Origin: Chara braunii
Lineage: Eukaryota > Plantae > Charophyceae
Assembly (NCBI GenBank): GCA_003427395.1
Contig: BFEA01000006.1
Location: forward strand, 2,944,891-3,007,232
DNA length: 62,342 nt
Reading direction: 5' to 3'
Part shown: in pieces, positions 13,978-26,070 of the stretch
Position numbering within the stretch: the first letter of the stretch is position 1
How the letters are laid out: the number at the start of each line of letters is the position of its first letter
Notes under the pieces: model-generated
Seen by the model: only the letters and a program-made list of their open reading frames with translations
Told to the model about the DNA's origin: nothing
Databases searched by the model: none
Translations under genes and position numbers: made by a program

Positions 13978-14580
13978 CCCCAAGTGGCTGAGCCCCTGTC
14001 CTAGAGAATCTTCCACAGGGCCTGAGGTGGTTACCCGTGTCCAACTGCTTGCGGCCTTTGTTCAGTGAATGCCTCGTGTTTGGCCCAGGGCCTGCCTCGG
14101 ATACATTTCAAGCAAGGCAGGCAGGGCTTGGGCTCACTCAACCAACTGACGCTGCGCAACTGCCTGAATTTCCATTACTGCGTCGAAACACAAATAGGCC
14201 TCTCGTCACTTGTCAGGCCCGCCTTTCACTTATGGGAGCCGTTTTTAGCTGAAACAGGGCCCGGTAGGGATTACCGAGGCCTTTGGCCCCACACTATACA
14301 GGGTGGATCGCCAAGTCCTATCGAAATATAACCTAACTCTTCAAAACCAAGAAAATTTTGACAGCGCTTCCCGTAGGAAAAGTGCCTTTTCAAAATTTAT
14401 ACAAAGCTGAATACAAAACTCAATAATTGTGATTTCACAAAGTCAAATTTTGTCTAACTCCCCGATTTAGTAAAAATTTGGGCAGCAGCTCCCCTAGAAA
14501 AGTAGGTTTCCCAGATTTTTACTAAGTCTGGTATGAAACCAGACAAAAGTTGAAATTTGCAAAGACAAAATTTGACTCCC
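13978..14580. repeat. ~600-bp tandem duplication; the second unit (14578-14633 + 20148-20710) is split by the PLE
   Basis: ccccaagtggctgagcccctgtcc.agagaatcttccacagggcctgaggt at 13978 and 14578. 14020-14575 is repeated at 20148-20710. Confidence 0.85.
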
Positions 14581-14632
14581 CAAGTGGCTGAGCCCCTGTC
14601 CCAGAGAATCTTCCACAGGGCCTGAGGTAGTT

Positions 14633-15346
14633 AGCTGATAAAGACACTGAGATGAAGACATACTCATATGCAATGATGACAAACTCATGGTCGTATGACA
14701 TCCGTAGACGTATTACAACAAGCAAAGTCCATAACTCGTAAAAGATAGGAAAAATTCAACCATAGCAGGAGGCGTCCCCGACGCGTTTCGGCGACCGCCA
14801 AGTCGCCTCATCAGGGGGTATCCATCGTCAAACCTCGCACTAGCCGTCGCGGTTCATCAATCCCTCTTCCCTTCGCGCTAGACACTAGCATTCCGGCCTA
14901 CTAGCGTCCTTTGCGACCGTCAGCCTGAAGAGTTCAAAAACTCTGCATTCAAACATTATATACCTACCAAAAGTTAAGGTACCCCGATATCGGGAAGTAC
15001 CGGTCCATAAAAACAGCTCCAAACAGGCTAACGCCCGAAAGTACCGTGCTAGTGCACGTCCAAGACACTATTACAGGCTAATAGGCCGAACCAATGAAAA
15101 CCCATTGGATGTCAATGGTTCAAAACCCTTAGCTTGCAAATCTAACAAAATCTATTAAAGCTCATATTACAGGGAGCCTATTCGATTCACCTAGTCAAAT
15201 CAAACTAGGGCACTACTCAAGCAAACCTCACCGGTTCAATCTTTGCAAAGGACACTCGAAAAACCTGAAAACCTTTTGAAAGAAACAGGGGGAAAATAAG
15301 AAAATCAAGAAAAAAATCAAGAAAAGAAAGGCAAACCTTGTCCGCA
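14633..15346 (-). repeat. PLE 3' pseudo-LTR
   Basis: Direct repeat of 19431-20144; begins just after the RT stop. Confidence 0.9.
14776..14818 (-). ncRNA. Minimal type I hammerhead ribozyme (intact core) in the PLE pseudo-LTR
   Basis: Minus strand reads CCCC-CUGAUGA-GGCGAC-uuggcg-GUCGCC-GAAAC-GC-GUC-GGGG: stem I, CUGAUGA core, 6-bp stem II, GAAA, palindromic stem III ACGCGU, GUC cleavage triplet. Confidence 0.88.
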
Positions 15347-15359
15347 TAACACCATCACA

Positions 15360-17414
15360 CTAACTGCTACAAAGGAGATTAACGGTCTCTTGCCATATGT
15401 TATCCTTTCCCACAACAAATCGTCTCAGAACACGCTCGAAGCAAGTAAGTGGATAGTCCTTCAAGCGGAGTTCACGCTTGACCGTCAGGACACGCAGAGG
15501 GATCTCGGCTCGTAATGTCGTATTTTGATCAATACGATGTAGGTATCCGCCGATAATCGCATTCTTCAGTTGTTTACTCCCCCATGAGGAGTAACTTTGA
15601 CCATTCTGGAAGACCAAACTCTCGTCTTTCAAGATCGTCTCCTTGTTCTTACTCATCTGGACAAAGGACTGTTTAGTCCTAATCTCACAGCCCAAACACC
15701 GCAACACACCATTGCCACAATCTGTTCTCTTCAAAGTCAATCCTCTCGGGTAGCATTCCTCAAATCGACGTAGGATCAGCTCGTACACCTGTGGCCCAAG
15801 TGATGCAGTCGGCAGGATCACATCATCTATTAGTCGCAGGCCAAATACATTCCGCCTCAACTCCCCAAGGCTTTGACAAAACTTCATTTCACAGAATGCG
15901 CACAAAATGCACGCCAATGGGGGGCTGGTACTTTTACCCATAGGAATACCGACGACTTTGCGCGGAAGAATATCGGTGGCGAAGGGAAAAGTATGACTCA
16001 CTCCAAACTTCACGAAGCTCACGACATCCCCCAATCCAATGCGCTTCCAGTGATCGGCTCCTGTAGCATTACCAAATGATGCTCCCCTTCCACGTGTATT
16101 TACACGTACATAGGTCCTCCCTTTCCAGGTGATATCCTGCAATCCACTCGACTGCTTCCACGATCTCCGAGTGTGGCAAACGACTAAACATCTCCTTTAT
16201 GTCATACGAAGCCGATTTGATCTCACCAACCTGCTTAAGCCTTCTAATTTTGTTGTTGACCCGTTGTAGCCGAAGAGATAGATGCGAAACAACTTGCAAA
16301 TTGAAATGCTCATCCATTGGCAACGTGAAAAGCAAGTGGTTTCGACACAAGTCGCCCCGTTCGAACCAACGGCTCGTTGAAAGTAGGGCAAATTGGTCGG
16401 TACCGTTTAATGTCCTTATGCTTGGGTAGTACATAGGACGTACCAAATTTCCCTTTCCCATCCCATGGCACAAATTTCTTCAAGCCCATCGGATTCAAAT
16501 CTTCCCTCATTTCCCGCAAAACCTCACCAACAGGTTGTTGTACAATTTTGTATCCGGGATTCGTAACAAAAGTTTCCATTATCGCGCTATGATACACTGT
16601 CGGGCACTTAACCAAGGTATCGCCCGGATTGCGGTCCAATGGTGTTAGGACAAAACCTTCCAGTTCTTCCTTCACCCTGACTACATCGGAGAGATTGAGC
16701 CTCGAACTCGCTTCTTCCGCCTGTTGCATGCACGCCTCGAGTCGTGCCTTGTCGAAGGTGGGGCATACACCTTTATAATTTTTCCATGCCGTGAAGCTCT
16801 CAACCAACTCCTTTCCTAGTAAGGACGCACGATGGTCAGCTCTATCCCGTGGGATATCATTCGCATTCGCCAGCAAATGGTGATGTGATTCACCTTTACT
16901 CAAACGGAAGCATGCATGTCCGCCAACCTGCGGGTAGGACAACCCTGCACAAATACATGTAGATACCGAGCGAGCCGCAAATACTCGCTGGTTATGGATC
17001 AGGTTTCCGATCGATTGGTTTTTAGTCCAAACAATCTTAACCTTTCTCCTAGTGCGCTTCTTGAATGGTAACGGTAAATCGCAAGTCATCATTGCATCGT
17101 TCACCAACTTACGTACTTCCACAAGCTTAATACGGTCGTCGAACTTAACCCGAACCGTCAGGTCAATCGACATACTCAAACCAAAACGTTCACGGATACT
17201 CCGAGATAATAGGCGACGTAGATATCTACGTGTTGACTTCTTGTGGAAATCTTTCACCATGCCATATAGCCGCATCATCGATTTAAGGCCCCATGCATTA
17301 AGGTCCGACAGAACACGTGGATTTTTCAACAGAGAGATGAGGATACGCTTCAAGAATCCCCCACCCGACTTCCAAATCCTCAGATACTCTATGTCGATCC
17401 GACCTCCTTCATGA
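15360..17414 (-). pseudogene. PLE reverse transcriptase remnant
   Basis: LTPLDRNPG, YVLPKHKDIKRYRPIC, SYDIKEMFSRLPH, GIPMGKSTSPPLAC, LRLIDDVI. Frameshifts between the ORF pieces. Confidence 0.9.
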
Positions 17415-17425
17415 AATCGCTGCTT

Positions 17426-18157
17426 TCATAACTTCAGGGTAGTATGTCCCTCGGCTAGCCTAATCGTGGACTCACCAAACCGCTTCTTCATCTTCTTCCA
17501 TCCTTTAGCCCAATCATCTCCACCACTAGAAACTACCGAGAACTTCTTGACTCCCGCTTCGTCATTCTCTAAAAGCAGTTTAAGTAGGTCAACCGACCAC
17601 TCGGTTTTCGTCGATCTCCTTACTCTGATAGGGCTAATAGGTCTACAAACGGTGTCTGCCGACACCTTATGTTCTTTCAGTCCCTTTCGCTTACGTGTCC
17701 TACTCCTAGTCGCATTAGACCCAGCGGTGTTCAAAAACGGCGACCATCTCTTAATATAGGTCTGTTCAAGGTCATGGAGTTTAGACTTACCGCCGTATTC
17801 AACATGAATTAAGACATAGTTACCGACTCCAAAAGAACCCATCCATCGATGAAAATGGGTGTGCTTTTTGGTTCGACAGGCCGATAAGTGTTCACGCCAG
17901 TGGACATCAACACCTCTCGTGGTTCTCCCGACGTACTGATGCTTACAATAAGGCGAAATGGCTGTATAAACGGAGCAGTCGATATTAACGAATCTGACAC
18001 CAAATCGGTCGAACAAGTTCTTCCATGACTCAGCATTCTTACGAAGCCATCTGATCTCTCCACGAATCGCCAACAAAATGCCGCCAATTCTCAATATCTC
18101 CTCGGTCAACGCGTCCAAGCGGCCTAACTCATCCCTATATCCCGTCAAATCGTGCAC
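17426..18157 (-). pseudogene. PLE GIY-YIG endonuclease domain, N-terminal to the RT
   Basis: SVYTAISPYCKHQYVGRTTRGVDVHWREH...LEQTYIKRWSPFLNT carries the GIY/YIG, R/EH, E and LN motifs. Confidence 0.88.
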
Positions 18158-18385
18158 AATGCCCCATATCTCGTTAGTCTTGTAACACCCTCACACTTCT
18201 TCCTCTTCCAGTTCCTCAGCTTCAACGGTTGTCGAGTCCTCATCCTCAACTTCAACGGATTTCGCCTGATCAAAGCCCGAAATCTCACCAAAAGCCACCC
18301 TTGTACGATGGCTCGCGATATCAAAGATTGCCTCCACCTTTCCGTTGTAGTTGATACCTTCCTTCTTGCAGATCAGCTGGAGCTC

Positions 18386-19302
18386 CTAGGCATCCAAACC
18401 TCGTATCTCCTTCATAGCTTGATTCCGAAAGCGTAGCTTCGCTAGGGCACTCGACTTCCCTGGGCTCGACTTAACCTTGTCCACAAAAGGAGACAGTTTA
18501 GTCTTGATCTTATTCCTTGATCGTGTGATGCGCTCGGTAGTCGCTCCCTCCTTCGACTTCTGTGTCCTCGGGGTTCGTTTCAACGGAGTAATCATTGGCG
18601 GACTATCGTCGAAAACTGGTTCGTCAACTTCCCCGTCTTTTTTCGTAGCTTTTTAGTCTCACTACCACTGATCTCATGTGCTGAGTCTTCATCCGACAGT
18701 AGCACTACCTTCTTCTTGCCTTTCGCCTTCCTGGCGAACTCCAACACTGGGCCCAAGTTGGCCTCCATTCGGTCGAAGAAGTCCCCTGTTCGTAACGCAA
18801 GCTGCATCTCCAGTTTTTTCTCCATCTCCGCTTCACGTTCAGCTTCCTTCCGAAGCTTAGTTAAGTGTTTCTTCTCCTTTCTCTCACGTGCTTCCTTCTC
18901 TTCCAGAATCCGCTGCTGTTCATCTTCCGCCTCCTTCCGTAGATGTTCCTCCTCGACTCTCTTTGCCTTCTCGCACTGCACAAACTCTGCCACCGAAGCC
19001 AGACTCCGGTTCAATTTTTCTATCTGTTGCTGCAGGGCCTCTACTTCTTCCTTCTTAGTCTTCACATCGCTCTTTGGAGAGGTGGACCTCCCCCTTCGGG
19101 TCTCATATGATGTCGAAGGCCGACTCCGGTTAGGGCACTGATTAGCATAATGCCCATTCTCATCACTAGGACGGGATCTTCGATATGGCCTTTCACGTTC
19201 CCAAGTCCTTTCAAAACTCCGGTAGTCTCCACGTTCTGCGCAACTCGAACAATACTCCCTCCACGAGTTGTCCCTTCGTTCACTCATCTTGAGCTGCAGC
19301 AC
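18386..19302 (-). pseudogene. PLE N-terminal region: partial CCHC zinc knuckle and coiled coil
   Basis: ENGHYANQCPNR followed by an E/K/R-rich coiled coil; lies between the 5' pLTR and the endonuclease. Confidence 0.65.
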
Positions 19303-19430
19303 AAGTTGTTATCTCGTTGATATAGATGTGAAGAATGAAAAAATGAAAAATGAAAAACACACGGTACAATCGCAACACACTCACTCCTCTCGGTAACTTC
19401 TTTCCAAGAGTGTTAACGTGGGCAGTCTAT

Positions 19431-20144
19431 AGCTGATAAAGACACTGAGATGAAGACATATTCATATGAGATGACGACAAACTCATGGTCGTATTACATC
19501 CGTAGACGTATTACAACAAGCAAAGTCCATAACTCGTCAAAAATAGGAAAAATTCAACCATAGCAAGAGGCGTCCCCGATGTGTTCCGGCGACCGCCAAG
19601 TCGCCTCATCAGGGGGTATCCACCGTCAAACCTCGCACTAGCCGTCGCGGTCCATCAATCCCTCTTTCCTTCGCACTAGGCACTAGCATTCCGGCCTACT
19701 AGCGTCCTTTGCGACCGTCGGCCAGAAGAGTTCAAAAACTTTGCATTCAAACATTATATACCTACCAAAAGTTAAGGTACCCCGGTATCGGGAAGTACCA
19801 GTCCCTAAAAACATCTCCAAACAGGCGAACGCCCGAAAGTACCGTGCTAGTGCATGTCCAGGACACTATTACATGCTAATAGGCCGAACCAATTACAACC
19901 CATTGGACGTCAATGGTTCGAAACCCTCAGCTTGCGAATCTAACAAAATCTACTAAAGCTCATATTACAAGGAGCCTATTCGATTCCCCTAGTCAAATCA
20001 AACTAGGGCACTACTCAAGCAAGCCTCACCGGTTCAATCTCTGCAAAGGAGACTCGAAAAACCTGAAAACCTTTTGAAAGAAACAGGGGGAAAACAAGAA
20101 AATCAAGAAAAAAATCAAGAAAAGAAAGGCAAACCTTGTCTGCA
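19431..20144 (-). repeat. PLE 5' pseudo-LTR
   Basis: Direct repeat of 14633-15346. Confidence 0.9.
19574..19616 (-). ncRNA. Mutated hammerhead ribozyme copy in the 5' pseudo-LTR
   Basis: Same motif, but GAAACGCGUC has become GGAACACAUC, disrupting the core and stem III. Confidence 0.75.
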
Positions 20145-20742
20145 AACCCTGAGGTGGTTACCCGTGTCCAATTGCCAACGGCCTTTGTTCAGTTCATGCC
20201 TCGTGTTTGGCCTAGGGCCTGCCTCGGATACATTTCGAAAAAGGCAGGCAGGGCTTGGGCTCACTCAACCAACTAACGCTGCGCAACTGCCTGAATTTCC
20301 ATTACTGCGTCGAAACACAATTAGGCCTCTTGTCACTTGCCAGACCCACCTTCACTTAGGGCAACCGTTTTTGCTGAAACAGGGCCCGGTAGGGCTTACC
20401 GAGGCCTTTGGCCCCGCACTATACAGGGTGGATCACCAAGACTTTTCCTATCGAAATATAACCCAACTCTTCAAAACTAAGAAAATTTTGGCAGCGCTTC
20501 CCGTAGGAAGAGTGCCTTTTCAAAATTTATATAAGGCTAAATACAAAACTCAAAATAATACTGATTTCACAAAGTCAAATTTTGTCTAACTCCCTGATTT
20601 GGTAAAAATTTGGGCAGCAGCTCCCCTAGAAAAGTAGGTTTTCTAGATTTTACTAAGTCCGGTATGAAACTAGACAAAAGTTAAAATCTGCAAAAACAAA
20701 ATTGGACTAACTCCTTGGATTTGCAAAAACTTGGGTAGCACT

Positions 20743-21094
20743 TGCGTAGCACGGCGAACGTGTTCATGCTCCTTCACGTTTGCACGAACAGCTAACGAAT
20801 ATGCTCGATGAGCATAATACTTTTTTTGTAAAAAATAAATTAAAAAAATACGTATTTTTTCAGTTTTTAATTTTTAACTCATGATTGGCTACGAATTTGA
20901 TCATGACTCCAAGGCAAAGGTTACTTCTGTTGTTATTTTACATATTCGTGTTCATATATATTGTTTTCAAAAAAAATTTAGAATTTTATTATTATTTTTT
21001 TTTGTATGTTCGTGTTCGGAGGGTTTTGGACGCTTGTTCGCGTTCGGGCGAACATGTTCGTGTTCGCCTCCGAACGCGAACACGGTGCTACGTA
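20743..21094. mobile_element. MITE / non-autonomous DNA transposon (~352 bp)
   Basis: TIRs t(g/a)cgtagcac...gtgctacgta. Flanking direct repeat ggg(t/g)agcact at 20733-20742 and 21095-21104. Subterminal gttcg/cgaac repeats and an AT-rich core. Absent from the homologous site in copy B (~56135). Confidence 0.8.
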
Positions 21095-24000
21095 GGGGAG
21101 CACTTCCCTTAAGGAAAGTAGCTTTCCAAAATTTATACAAAGCCAAGTATGAGAAAAATAAACTTATCCCAAAAAATGCAGAAATCAAACTTCCTATGAA
21201 AAATAAACTAACTCAGAAAATGCAGGAATTGACCTAACTCATATAGCTCCAGCACGTGGCGAGCATCTAAAGCAACTACTGATCAAAGTTGACACTCAGA
21301 CTAAGTAGTGCTCACACTCAATCACCCACAAGTCCATACCACAATGGGTAAGTACTCTCACCAAAGTCCCAAGTTAATTCCACATAAGATAGTTCATTGA
21401 ACATGCAAATGATTATCCATTTTACCCATTTTACATATGGCATGGCGCTAGACAATTCAACTTAGAAACCATGCCTAGCATGCCTTAGATTATACGCGAA
21501 CAGGTTGCACTACCTTCTTCGTTGGGCATGTGACTAAGTCATTCAACTTGGAAACCCTGTTTAGTTGCCTTGAACTGTTTAAATATCCATGATTTAATAA
21601 CTCTCTGACGTATCTTCAAAATATGGGCAGGGGACTGAGCCATTCAACTTAGAAACAATGCTCGACTTGCCCAAGTTACTTCAAAATATATTTTACTTTC
21701 CCTTTTCTCCTTAGTGATATGGCTTAAGGTTGGACCATTCAGCGTAAAAACAATATCCAACAGTCTGTTCACATGCAAATATAGGTAAGATACTTCTAGT
21801 TATACTCTGTTTAAAAGCAATGCTTAGCCTTCCACTAAAAATCCTCCCCAAAAATGATTGGAACATTTAGCTTAAGAACAATGCTCAACCCATCTTAAGC
21901 CACTGAAAAGCATGGAGTTAGATCTTTCAACCCAACTTTAGCCAGAAATCCCAAAAGAGACGGATAGGCCAAACTGTTTAGCTTAAAAACAGTGCTTGGT
22001 CTCAAAGATCAGCCAGGCAAGCCCTTAAAAATAAACACGACGACCAGGTTGTTCAGCTGAGAGGCAGTACCTGGTCCTTCAGAAAACAAGCAATAAACAT
22101 AGCCCTGGGCCATTCAACTTAGAAACGTTGCCTAGTCCTTGGTTGACCCGGTCAACCGCATGCAAAACCATTTTCCTCCCACCTTCCCCCAGTTCATCCC
22201 TTAGTCTACTTTCAGTCAGAATAAAAAAAAACTGAAGTTTATGCATGCATTCTTTCCAATTAATCTGATATAGTCCTGAAAAGAAAAGAAAATCATAGGG
22301 GAATGCGCACATACACGTCATACAAACTAGAAGGATGTGATGTAATCAAAATAGGGGTTTAGTGGGATCACACAAGGTAAAGAACAGTTACCCGACAGTT
22401 CCCTGCCTCCAGAACCTCGCCTAGGTTTCGTCAGAGCTCCCGCAATCGGTGGGGCGAACCTCCCACAGAGGCCTTGGCATGGATTACGGGTTTCAATCCC
22501 GCCTTCCACCTTCCTCTCTGAACCAAGGACTAGACTGAGAGTAAGAAGGGCAAAAGGAGAGGAGTTGTCACTGAGAGTAAGAAGGGCAGAAGGAGAGGAG
22601 TTAAGTCACTCGGATCCAGGAGGGATATGCTAAGACTCGCGGGAGAGGGCGCTGATACTTTGACGCGCCTGAGGGGCCCGCAATGACGGCCAATGAATGC
22701 AGTAGAAAAGCCAACTGAAATGTTGAGTGGCGGTACTTTGGCAACCCTCCAAATTGCGGCAATGATGCCCTCTGCACGGCTTGAGCACTCCAAGTCCCAC
22801 TTGCGTCAACCTCTGCCTAAACTACTGCCACGCAACCCAAGACTGTGTTCTCATAGAGCACGCCCCCTGTGCTCTACTCGAGAGCGGGCCTTATCAGTCC
22901 CAGTAAAAGCTTGTGCCACCAGTGCGGTCCTCGTATTCCACCTCGGCGTGACTGCGCACGCACCAGCCTCCCATACAAGCAACAATATGGACCAATTTCC
23001 TCCTTGGTGACCCAAGGCAGTGGCGGTCGTTCTCTAATTCCCAACGGCAATTAAGTTTTTAGCAACACGAGCAAAGTTGCAACTTGACACAAATAGTTGT
23101 AACAGCCTTGAATCGAGTTAACCGCATTCGCCTAATAACAAGGACTGCCGCTGCAGAGGAATCAAGTGTAGAAACCCGACATGCAGTACTGTGTCTTGGT
23201 GGCAGTATCGTCGTCAAACGGCAGTAACACTCGTACCAGCGGCACCAACATCAAACTGAACCGCCACATCGTTGTTTTCAAAGACACACAGTGCGAACAT
23301 TACAAAGACGACGATGTACAACTCCGTTCGCAGCATGTGCGCAGCAGTGAGGAGGGCCGCGAAACTCTGAGAGAAAAAGACAACGATCTCGTGTCGCAGC
23401 AATCGGAGTACATTCAGACGCCGACTATGCATGCTATGGCCACAACGACGCAAGCTCCTTCACAACTTGTGTCGTACCGGGACTCAAAGTTAGATGAACC
23501 ATGCAACGTTGAAGGATCAGTAGGCCATGCTCTCACAGTTCTTGTTCATACCAGGAATCAAAATCAAACGAAACTCCCCCTCCCGTTGCTTCACACAAGA
23601 TTCTTGCTCTCGTAGAGCTCCTCTTTAAAGGCCTGCGTTAACTTGTAACAGATGTGTCCCCGCAACCAAACTTTCTACTGCCAAACACAGTAGCAGTACC
23701 GGGCCGGAGGAACCACAATACTGGTTTGTCGTAGTTGGCAAGAACAACAACAACACCCGTAGAATCAGGAAAGAGCTCCCAATTTGTCAATCCTAGTGTC
23801 TCAGTTGGCTAGTCGTCCAACAATCCCTCTGCTAAACTGCCCACAAGGAAAGGTCTCTGCGTAGCTTTTTAGCAGGCTGAATTCTCGTTTGTTAACAAAA
23901 TTGACGAGACAAATCACTTCATTAGCCGGAGAACCGTGGCACGGAATCCAAATGTCAACGAGAGCCTACCAACATACATATGCAGAGCCCTTCCTCCTAC

Positions 24001-25438
24001 TTGGCACTCTGCGCCCAAACTATTGCTACACATAGCTACTAGCAACGTACAAATTGGCAATGCACCCCTGTTGACACCAGACACAATATCCGAAGTGCAT
24101 GAAGATGTCGACCTTGTAGACCACCGCCAAGACCAGGTACGTGCCCTCATATCCTCATCCTCATCTCTCTCTCTCTCTCTCTACGCACCGCAGCACGCAT
24201 GTGTTTCAACATGTCGGCCAGGGCGATGTGGATGACGACCGCCGCACCTGAAACACCGACCCCCCGAGTGACGGCACTGCCGGACTAAAAACCGCGACCG
24301 CCACGATGAGTGAGGAGCAAGAGACGGAACGAGGCCCGTCCGTAGGGGAGAGGAACTGCGAGGTGAGCATGATCAAGCGGGATGCAAACTGAGGTTATGA
24401 CAACGATGGGGAAGATGCCCCACCCAATTGTGTACAATGAGCATGATTTTTCCGCTAGAATATGGCTAGATTCATGCCTTCCAGCTATGCGCGCAATGAG
24501 ATAGGGATCGACTACTTCATTGTTAGGATGAGCGAAATCGAAATGAAACCTTCGCTATAAAACAGGAAGGCGCATCGGCTCCCCGCTGCCCTTCTTTGCT
24601 TGGCCTGGTCTGCATCGCGCAGGCCCTCTTTGAATGGGTGAGCAAAGTTTGAATGAATCTTCTCTTTGAACCCGGGCGGATACACCGCGACAGCAGCCCA
24701 GTTCAGCCAGCACCCGATAACTGCGTTCGCTACCTCTGCGCTACCTCACTCTCATACATACGGACTCCTTACCTCAGTCGGGACACAGACATGGCCACAC
24801 GGGAGACCACTATGACGAAGATGACCATGATAGCAAGGGTGAGGGCAAGCGTGGCAAATAAAACAGCCATCATGATCCGGGCGATGTTTCACGAATAACA
24901 AGGCAACCTGGAACATCGCTGCAACTTCGTACCGCCCGTATGCAATTTGAAGACGAATCTTCCGCTAAAACGCGGAAATATACACCGTCTTATTGCCCGA
25001 TCCTGAAACTCCCCTCCCCACGCAGCTCTTACAACTTAAAACTAACATCTTTCTTTAAAACCCCAATTCAGTCTCTTGGACCGCCAATTTCCATCAAAAA
25101 ACGGGCAAGAACGCCCTCCTTCACTCTCCTTCTTCCCGCTTTTCTCTTCTCCTCTACATCTTCGCGGACACTCTTCTTCACTAACTTCTATATCACTAAC
25201 TTTTTGCCAAAACTAACGTCAAGTTCAAATTCGCCCCTCATTAAAACCCTCACCTACCACTTTAGTTCACTCGATTCTGATAAGGATCGAGTGAGCTAAC
25301 TGTTTTCCATCCCACCATACTAGTCTCTCTCCCCTCCTTGTTGTCGAATGTACTCGACGCGATTCAGCGCCCAGGTTCGTTCTCCTTTGGCTGCCTTTGC
25401 ATTGCCGCTCGGTGCCAAACTATGAGCTAACATAGCCA

Positions 25439-25740
25439 CCACAACGGGTGCTCGTTGATACAGACAACAGGACGGTGGTCATGGGAGTCGAAATCCGCTG
25501 AGGGGTGTCTCACAACTCACCTGCTGGATCAATCAGCCTCGAAAGATAACGCTGCAGCATGCGACATATGCTCGTTCGTCGTGGCGGCTCTGACGCTGCA
25601 GCGAGTGAGAGGGCACGGGCCCACTGCAAAGCCCGCAGCTTGAGCCTAGGTGATGCGGGTCCCAATGCAGATCTTGGTGACAACAACAAATATACAAGTG
25701 GGAACTTTGAAGCCCGTCGTGGAGAAGGGTTCCATGTGAG
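25439..25740 (+). pseudogene. Diverged 25S/28S rRNA fragment (sense) inside element X copy A
   Basis: caggacggtggtcatgggagtcgaaatccgctgaggggtgtctcacaactcacctgc and tgcagatcttggtgacaacaacaaatatacaagtgggaactttgaag...ggttccatgtga match conserved LSU rRNA core sequences, with many substitutions. Confidence 0.88.
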
Positions 25741-25761
25741 CCCTAACGCAGTCAATATTGT

Positions 25762-26070
25762 TGCAGGCCTTTCGACAGTGCCCCGGGGCGCTCCTCAAGG
25801 CACAATTCGTCATCTTTCGCGTTCCAATGGGCATGCTCACACTCAAACCTCTCACAAACGATGGTGGGGGGGGGACTGTACACCCGCAACGACCCACGCC
25901 ACCCTCGGGCTACAACCCCACAGGCTCGCTCGGAATGTTCTCTAATCCCTTCCACTTTAGGCTACCGACACTCTCCAAATGGAAAGCGAGGGAAGCCACG
26001 TCCACGGATCCCACCACTCTCATGCACGTTGACCCCTCCGGTCCGTGTTTTGAACGCAGGTAGAATAGAG
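25762..26070 (-). pseudogene. Diverged 25S/28S rRNA fragment (opposite orientation) inside element X copy A
   Basis: The plus strand reads as antisense LSU: ggcacaattcgtcatctttcgcgttcc...ggcatgctcacactcaaacc (cf. ggcatagttcaccatctttcgggtcc...ggcatgctcacactcgaacc) and ggtccgtgttttgaacgcagg (cf. ggtccgtgtttcaagacggg). Confidence 0.75.

Larger units (their letters stand above)
14633..20147 (-). mobile_element. Penelope-like retroelement with N-terminal GIY-YIG endonuclease (Chlamys/Naiad-type architecture), direct pseudo-LTRs and 13-bp TSD
   Basis: ~714-bp direct repeats 14633-15346 and 19431-20144. TSD cctgaggt(a/g)gtta at 14621-14633 and 20148-20160. Internal ORF remnants run Zn-knuckle/coiled-coil, then GIY-YIG, then PLE RT. 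Confidence 0.9.

Noticed and set aside
24520-24670. Motif aggatgagc.aaatcgaa.tgaa (also ~53645-53680 minus) as antisense 28S 3' region
   Set aside because: It is conserved between the X copies, but the rRNA similarity is too short to support.
25439-26070. Functional rRNA gene
   Set aside because: Short, heavily substituted, internally inverted and embedded in a repeat.
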